Below, piece by piece: positions 56,640 to 64,000 of a stretch of DNA of 64,000 nt (positions are counted from its first letter, which is position 1; each line of letters starts with the position of its first letter). Both the position numbers and the translations under genes were made by a program. Under the pieces are notes generated by a model. It was not told the origin of the DNA and searched no databases. It saw only the letters and a program-made list of their open reading frames with translations. Source of the stretch: Eledone cirrhosa (Eukaryota). The DNA lies in the NCBI GenBank assembly GCA_964016885.1, contig OZ024742.1, forward strand, positions 302,684,001 to 302,748,000. The letters run 5' to 3'.

Positions 56640-59600
56640 AGTACTCAGCCATAAACATGGCAAAAAAAGAACTCATACAATATATAAAGCAGCACACAGA
56701 CATCATAGAAAAAAACTACTACACCCCACCAACACCAAGAACTCTCCCGACAAACAAAAGCATCATTGAAATCTCAATAGAACAGTACAAACCTTTAAAA
56801 CAAAAATTCCCCAACGCAGTTGGAGACTTCAGAGGGTCGGTTACCAAGAGGATATACACTGACATCCTCTTGGAAACACCCATGACCAGCGAAAGGGACG
56901 GTTCTACTGTCCCTTCACCACACGATGAAGGTAAGTGACCCTTTCTCACTTACCCCGTTTCTCATCCAACATGGCCGTACTCAGAATAGGCAGTATAAAT
57001 GCACGTGGCCTGATGTCATCATGGAAGCAGTGTTATCTGCTCAACGACCTCAGGTCACTAAACATAGATGTGGTGGCCATCAGTGAGACCAGAATCTCCG
57101 AGGCACGGGCCTTCACACCGGTCTTCGGCGGCTACGATGTATACGCATCTCCCAGCCGTCCAGGATCGGGGGAGGGGTTGCCGTCCTTTTTCGGAGAGGC
57201 TTGGATCTCGCGATACGGGCCATCTTCCTAGACCCAGAAGGTAAGTCGGTGGTGCTGGACGTGACCGACAGCGAAGGCAATGCTTTCAGGCTAGTAGCCG
57301 TCTACGCCCCAACAGAGGAAGGCCGACCAGATTTCTTCAGACGTCTAGATACCTTTCTTGGAACGTCACGCTCTTTAGTGTTAGTGGGCGACTGGAACGG
57401 TATCTTGGATGCACGCTGGGATTGTGTGGGGCTAGTGCATAGGGGAGGAGGATGCAAGAGCCTCACCAACCTGCTCAGACGTTTTGAACTGTCTGACAGG
57501 TATCGACTGGATCACCCGAATATGCCAATGTGGACATGGACAAACCGCATCCGGTCATTCAGATCGTATCTCGATAGGGTATTCTGCAGAGAACTAGATA
57601 AGGCTAGTATAAGTTGTCCACAATTTAAAATAGTCGACTACACAGACCACAAATTTGTGATCTGTGAGATCGACATAGACAGACTTCATAGACAAGAGCC
57701 CGGTTACTGGAAGCTAAACGCGTCTTTCCCGGCGCGCAAAGCCCACAGAGACCGGATTAATGTATTAGTTAAGCGGACGTTGACGGGAGCGGTCTTCAAC
57801 AACAGGGGGTTGTTCGCCCTGAAAAGGGAAATTAAAGTAGTGTCGATTAGGTTTAGCAAAGGACTAGTGATAGAGGAAAATAGAGTAGAGCTAGTCAGGG
57901 AGAGCTAGTCAGAAAGCTAGCGTTTAGGACAGGCATCGCAACCGACGTGCTTGCAGCGAGATTGGCACTCGACCAATTCTTCAACGCAAAACACGAAGGC
58001 TGCGTTGTCAGAGCTAGCGCGTGCCATGAAACACGAGGGGACAAAAGCCGTCCAATGGGCCCGGGTGGCAGGTGCGCGACGTGGCAACAAAGCCACAATT
58101 CGGTCTTTGTTTGACCAAAACAGGTGCGTGTTGCTCGAACCAGAGCAGATGTGTGAAGCTTTTCAGCAGCACATTGCTGAACTTTTCGGGAGCAGCGGCG
58201 GCCCGGATAGGGGCATGGACTTCAGTGCATACCTCGACGACTGATTCGACTCTCGACGACCGCAGCACAGTGTTGCGAAAAGCCAATAACAGCCGGTGAA
58301 ATACGGGAAGCGATGGCTAACTGCACGAGGGGTAAATCGCCAGGTTTGGATGGTCTGCCCTACGAGCTTTATGCATTTATGCCAGACTTGTTCGGTGACC
58401 TCTTGGCAGACGTCTACTGCAACTGGCAGCAGAACGGGAGCATTCCCAGTTTTGTAAGCCGGGGAGCGGTGGCGCTGCTGAGAAAAGACCCGAACAAGGG
58501 GGATGTTATCGATAATTTCAGGCCCATAACCCTGCAAAACGCAGAGTTCAAGATTTTGGCCGAGGTGTTAGCAACGAGGTTGGCGCTTGTCGTTGGTGGT
58601 CTGGTGCGAGAGGTGCAGACATGCGCCATTCCGGACAGATCCATACACGACAACCTCCACCTCATGCAATACATCACAGAGAGGGTGGTTAAGGAACTTG
58701 GCATGGGTGGGGCCCTGATCAACTTGGATCAATCCAAAGTATTTGATAGGGTCGACCATCGGTACCTGGCGGCGGTCCTCGAGGAAGCCGGTTTCGGGCC
58801 CGTTTTCAGGGGTTGGATCGCTGAGATGTACAGCGACATCTGCTCAGTTGTGAGGGTGAACGGTCACCTGTCGCAGCCGTTCAGCATCATGCGCTAAGTC
58901 CGCTCTCGTTCCTCTTATACGTATTGGCTCTCGAGCCGTTACTTCACAAACTGGGGGCGATGAGGGGCGTCCCACGCGAACTAGGATTCGGGAAATCCGA
59001 GTCGGCTTCCGCCGACGACGTCACCGTGGTGGTGTCGAGCACCAGACACGTCCAGATGCTCGGCTCTGCTCTCAAGGAATACGAAGCGGTGACAGGAGCA
59101 AAGATAAACCAGGAAAAGTCGGTAGGCTTGAAGCTCGGCACCTGGAGAGACAAGTCCATGCTATCCGACAGCGTCGTGGGGCGTTGGACGGACGGACCGG
59201 TTAAATTGCTCGGGGTCTGGTTCGGACCGGACCTCCAGATGGAGAAAAACTGGAACGAGGTGACGAGCAAGGAGGCTTCCCTCACCCAGAAATGGGCCGA
59301 GAGGAAGCTGTCCCTGAAAAGCCGGGCGGAGGTGGCGAATGCGTACATCGCATCCGTCATCTGCTACCGCCTCACCGTCGTCCCTTGCTCCGGCCCAACT
59401 CTCACCAAAATGGAGCGCCTCCTCTTCCGTTTTTTGTGGAAGGGACGCGCTCCCATTGTCAGACGATCCATCTGCTGTCAACACCCGTTGCGTGGAGGAC
59501 TAGGCATGCCATGGCTGATGATGCGCAAACATGCGCTGAGGCTGCGATATCTCTGGTGCTTCCTTGACGGTGAACAGGTGTGGTCGCCGTTCGCCAGGCA

Positions 59601-60690
59601 CCTTTTCCCACAGCTCGTCTCCTTGACGGAGCTACATTCCTGGGTCAGAAAAAGACCGAGGGATAGCGCTTGGAAACTGGAATGTCTCCAGGCGCTCACT
59701 GCCCTCTGCCAGCTGGGCACCAATATCGGTGGAACATCCACCTCGGCGTTCTATAGAGGACTAGTGGAGGGGAAGAGCGACGACATTCTCGGAGAGATCC
59801 TGGGCGTCGAAGAAGATCAGCTGTTTGCTCTCTTCCGGAGAACTTTCAGCCCGGGGCCTATGGATAACTTCCAAAAATCCCTGGCCTGTCAGTGCTACCA
59901 GGGAGCGCTGCCGGTTCGAGATAAGCTCTACAGGCACGGAAGTGCCGTTAGCCGAGCCTGTCCGAGATGCGCGCAGAGCGACGAAACCGTCGTGCACGCA
60001 CTCGTTCAATGCCCGAACATTGCTGACTTGTGGATTTATGTCGAAAAGTTGCTGTCGCGTGTAGGACTGATCCGGTTATCGACTGAGTCCATTGTGCAGA
60101 TGGTCTCGCCGTCTTCCTTCGAGGAGGAAGGGCAGGCGGTTTTCATCTGCCTGGTGGCCATGGCGAAAGCGATTGTGTGGTGGACAAGGTTGAAAGGGTT
60201 AAAGACAGACACTTTCCTCTTTGGCGAATCCCTAATTAACTTTTTCAAGTTTCACTTGAAGAGGAAAATCAGGGTGGAGAGGCAAGTGCTGCTTTCTAGC
60301 AAGTTTGTTGAAAGGTGGGTGAATGTAGCGAGAATGGCCCGAGTGAACGGGACCGCTCTGAATATACGTCTGTAGTTTGAGAGATGGAAAAATTGAGAGA
60401 GGGCGCCTGCCCTGGTGGTCAGGGTGGCCGTGTTCTTTTGTGTGGTTTTCGCCACGAGTAACCCTCGGAGGTTTCCCCCCTATTGGGGAATTTTTCATTG
60501 TTTCAATTTTCATTTTTATTGTTTATATATATATATGTTTCTATTTTTTTTTTTCTTTTCTTATATAAATAATAAAAATATTTACTCGCACAAAATTCAC
60601 ATCGTACCGTCCTGTACCGTCCTGTGCCGTCTGTAATGTTTTTTCTTGATGTCAGCCCCTGTGGCCTATAAAGAAATCATTATTATATAT
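56640..60690 (+). mobile_element. Tx1/L1-clade LINE, copy 2 (APE + RT + zinc knuckle), disrupted
   Basis: APE motifs INARGL, ISETR, VYAP, GDWN, YLDR, TDHK (56971-57700); RT and CCHC domain through 60375; frameshifts; AT-rich tail. Confidence 0.93.
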
Positions 60691-60740
60691 ATAATCATTA
60701 TTATATATATAATCATTATTATATATATATATATATATAA

Positions 60741-60929
60741 GGCGGTGGATTGGCAGTATCGGTAGAGGGTCGGACGGCATGCTTTCCAGCATAGTTACGT
60801 CCCTCTACGATCTGAGTTCAAATCCCGCCGAGGTTGACTTTGCCTTTCATCCTTACGGGGTCGATAAAATAAAGTACCAGTAATTCACTGGGTAATTGCT
60901 GGCCTTGTGCCTAAAGTATAAACAATTAT
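60741..60929 (+). mobile_element. Nin-type SINE
   Basis: A-box TGGCAGTATCGG, B-box GAGTTCAAATCC, GCCTTTCATCCTTACGGGGTCGATAAAATAAAGTACCAG. Confidence 0.92.
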
Positions 60930-60930
60930 G

Positions 60931-60962
<32 letters not shown>

Positions 60963-61312
60963 GAGTGTGTAAGCGCATATATCTATATTCATGTGTTTGT
61001 ATGTCGCCGATAGGATCCGAAACGGTGCGTCTTAGTGAAAAACGGATTTGATTTTCGGTATCTGCGTTCCAAGGAGTTTTTTAATTCTGAAAAGAATAAA
61101 AGAAAAACAAGCACATTAACATAAGCTGATCTCATTTCTTTCAACGAAAATATCCATTAATGCGCGAAGTGAAAAGGTGACAGATAGCCAATCAGATTAG
61201 TGAATGGATCACCTACACATATCTTTTTTTTTTCATCGTCCATCAAAACGCTCTTTTCTTCTGCCCTCTTCCGATTCCGTTTTCTTAATGTGTGTATGTC
61301 TTTTCGTCACAA

Positions 61313-61425
61313 ACGTGGTTTAGTGTTTAGTATATTCAGCTCACGATCGTAAGGTTGTGAGTTCAATTCTCGGCGCCACGTTGTGCCTTGAGCATGGCAC
61401 TTTATTTCGCCTTGTTCCAGTACAC
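61313..61425 (+). mobile_element. Second-family tRNA-derived SINE, degenerate
   Basis: CGTGGTTTAGTG..GAGTTCAATTC..GTTGTGCCTTGAGCA. Confidence 0.6.
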
Positions 61426-61464
61426 TTTCCATAGAAAATAAAAGAAAGGCATTCTTTCGTGAAC

Positions 61465-61507
<43 letters not shown>

Positions 61508-62053
61508 GTGTGTGTGTGTGTGTGTGTCTGTGTAGGAGTTACACAGTTTGGTGCATTTTGAAGGCTATGTCAAATAATGAAGAAAATTTACTTCCACATT
61601 TGTTGATAGTAGCCAGGTTTCTCTACACGACGACGACCACCACCACCACCAGCACTATCATTATAACACCGCCACCACTCATAGCATTATAACACCATTG
61701 TCAATACCATTATTCCTCCTCCATCACCGATCACTATACAGTTAGTCAAAATTCAGGAAGATGAAATAAAATTGTGTACTACAGTGTTCAAAGAAAGTAG
61801 CAAAAGTCAAGTAGAAAATAAAGCAAGATTCAAGCCACTGTAGGTTATTTTTCAATATGACGTGCTATGATTCTGATTTATTACGATAAAAAACTTCCAC
61901 CAACCTCACGAAGTTTGCTTGGAGAGGAGGGTGGTTATTGGACATCCTGTTGGACAAAACGTAAAACAAGTCCAAGAGTGGCGAAACTCATGGGAGTCAT
62001 CGGCCATCCATTACTATGAAAATATCTATATACTGTGCGTATGTTTGTGTGTG

Positions 62054-62103
<50 letters not shown>

Positions 62104-62429
62104 CATATATATATATATATGCAAGTTTTGCACCAAGAAAAATATAAACTTCGGTGAGAAAGGAAATTAGGAATTTATTTGCTTTAACATTTGTTTCTGC
62201 GCCTAATATAATTGTCTACATATGCTGACTACAATATATATTGTTCAATCATATGCAATATTTAATTATTTATCACACTTCTTCAGAAAGCTTATAATTG
62301 TTTGTTGAAGTGACTATCCATCATGCGATAGAATTCAGGAAGGAGATGTTCAGGTGAACAAGCGCATTTCAAGCTGGGGTCGGTCGTTATCCTACTACTG
62401 AGGTTAATCGACAACACTAAAAGGTTAAA

Positions 62430-63960
62430 CACACTATGAAACTTGCTTGGTAGATTGTGCATACTCTAGTGAACAACAATTTGATTCAAAGACCATGAAT
62501 TGAAAAGATATTCATTGGATATAATAGCTCTCTCTGAAACACGCATAGATTGAGATGGTAAGCCCAATGAAAGTGGATTTGATTACACTTTCTTTTGGAA
62601 AGGTGTAACAGAAGGTCAAAGGAAAGAATCAAGTGTTAGCTTGGCTGTTAGAAACTCTTTTATCTCATCTTTTGCATCTCAGTGATTCTCCAGAACGTAT
62701 TATTTTAATCATGTCAGAATTTGAAAAACAAGGAAGATACCTCTCAGTAATAAGTGTTTACGATGTCACACGTAGAAAATACTATTGAACAATTCAACAA
62801 TGAACATGGAGGATTAGTGAGAAATGTGCCAGCTGCTAAATCAGTAATTATGGGTGACTTCAACTCGGTTGATCTAATTTGTTTGGATCTAATTTCATAA
62901 CAGCCAGACTTAGGTAAACATGGTGTAGAAAAATGTAACCAAAATAACGTTCCACTCCTCATGTTTTGCATCTCAACGTGTAATAACTAACATTTTCCTT
63001 TAGCAGAAAGATAAATATAAAACTAGGACGAATCAAAATCCTTAGGATTGTCGTTTCGTTGATTATATTGTAGTTAAAAGATGTGATGTAAATGATGTAT
63101 GTAGTGTGCACACAATGTGAGGAGCAGAGTGCTGGACTTATCATCGTCTAATCAGGGCCAAACTCACTCCAATAGCTAGACCCTCTGGGACTAAAGTACC
63201 AAACAAACTTAATATGGCAAATTTCAAGTCTTTCGATGCTATCCACAATTTTCGTAGTGCATTAGATAATATCACACTTGACCCGAGCAATCTTTAGGAA
63301 GATTTTAAGATAAAAGCTTTCCAGGCAGTATCTGCATCAGTAGCTATGAGATCAAAGCCATCTAATGGCTGGGTTACAGATAACAGCCCTGAAATATGTG
63401 ACTTAATGACAAGCAAAATCTTTGTCAAAAACGTCTTTCTAAATAAATCAATCCTAATTGAAATAGCATCTATAAACGACTAAAAAGTGCAAACCGCTTT
63501 GAGAAATATTAAGCAGCACTGATGGCAAGACAAAACCAAGCAAGCAAAAGAGGCAGTAGCTTGCAGTTTTCTCCTATATTAAAGAAGTGTATGGTCCACA
63601 ATCCTCTTCCATATCACATGTAAGAGCTGCAGATGGTCAGTCACTCTTGATTGATATTGTTGTCATTTAGAATCGCTGGGTAGACACTTCTCTGAGTTCT
63701 GTAACAGATACTCTAATGTCAATATAAACATTATTGAATCAATGAAAAGCTACCAAATTATAGATGAAATGACATCAGAGACAACTATAAATGACATTGC
63801 ATCTGCTGTACAGAAATTAAATAACAATTGCCTGGATGGTATTGATACCGAGGTTTTCAAGCATGGAGAGGAGAAAAGGGTAGAACATTTACACGCTGTA
63901 ATACTCCATTGTTGGAGCAAGAGGAGAGTACTATGTTCTAAATATAAAATGTTCTAAGTG
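62430..63960 (+). pseudogene. Decayed RTE-clade LINE (APE and start of RT)
   Basis: IALSET, YTFFWKG, MGDFN, GKHGVEKCN, DYIV, GAECWT..HRL, DGIDTEVFKHG. Confidence 0.8.
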
Positions 63961-64000
63961 CATCTGGTATTAGTTCCACGCAGGCAATAATTTTGAAAAC

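Overview
AT-rich, microsatellite-saturated animal DNA, most likely octopus/cephalopod (inferred from the SINE families and the TA/CA/GA repeat load). I cannot support any intact host gene, and the long ORFs in the track are translations of satellites. The window holds a 36-bp satellite, a TATG/TAATG satellite, two tandem R4/Dong-type (restriction-like endonuclease) LINEs and two tandem Tx1/L1-type LINEs. It also holds RTE-like and hAT remnants, three non-autonomous Helitrons and about 15 tRNA-derived SINEs. The main observation is a dense set of short, sequence-unrelated elements lodged in (TA)n tracts. They carry minimal type I hammerhead ribozyme motifs (CUGAnGA-stem II-GAAA-short or palindromic stem III-UH, closed by stem I). 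Several form long near-perfect DNA palindromes (about 120-620 bp) whose fold-back point lies in or just upstream of the ribozyme. Nearby GIY-YIG endonuclease fragments suggest these are Penelope-like pseudo-LTR or retrozyme-type elements. All structures were folded and aligned by eye.
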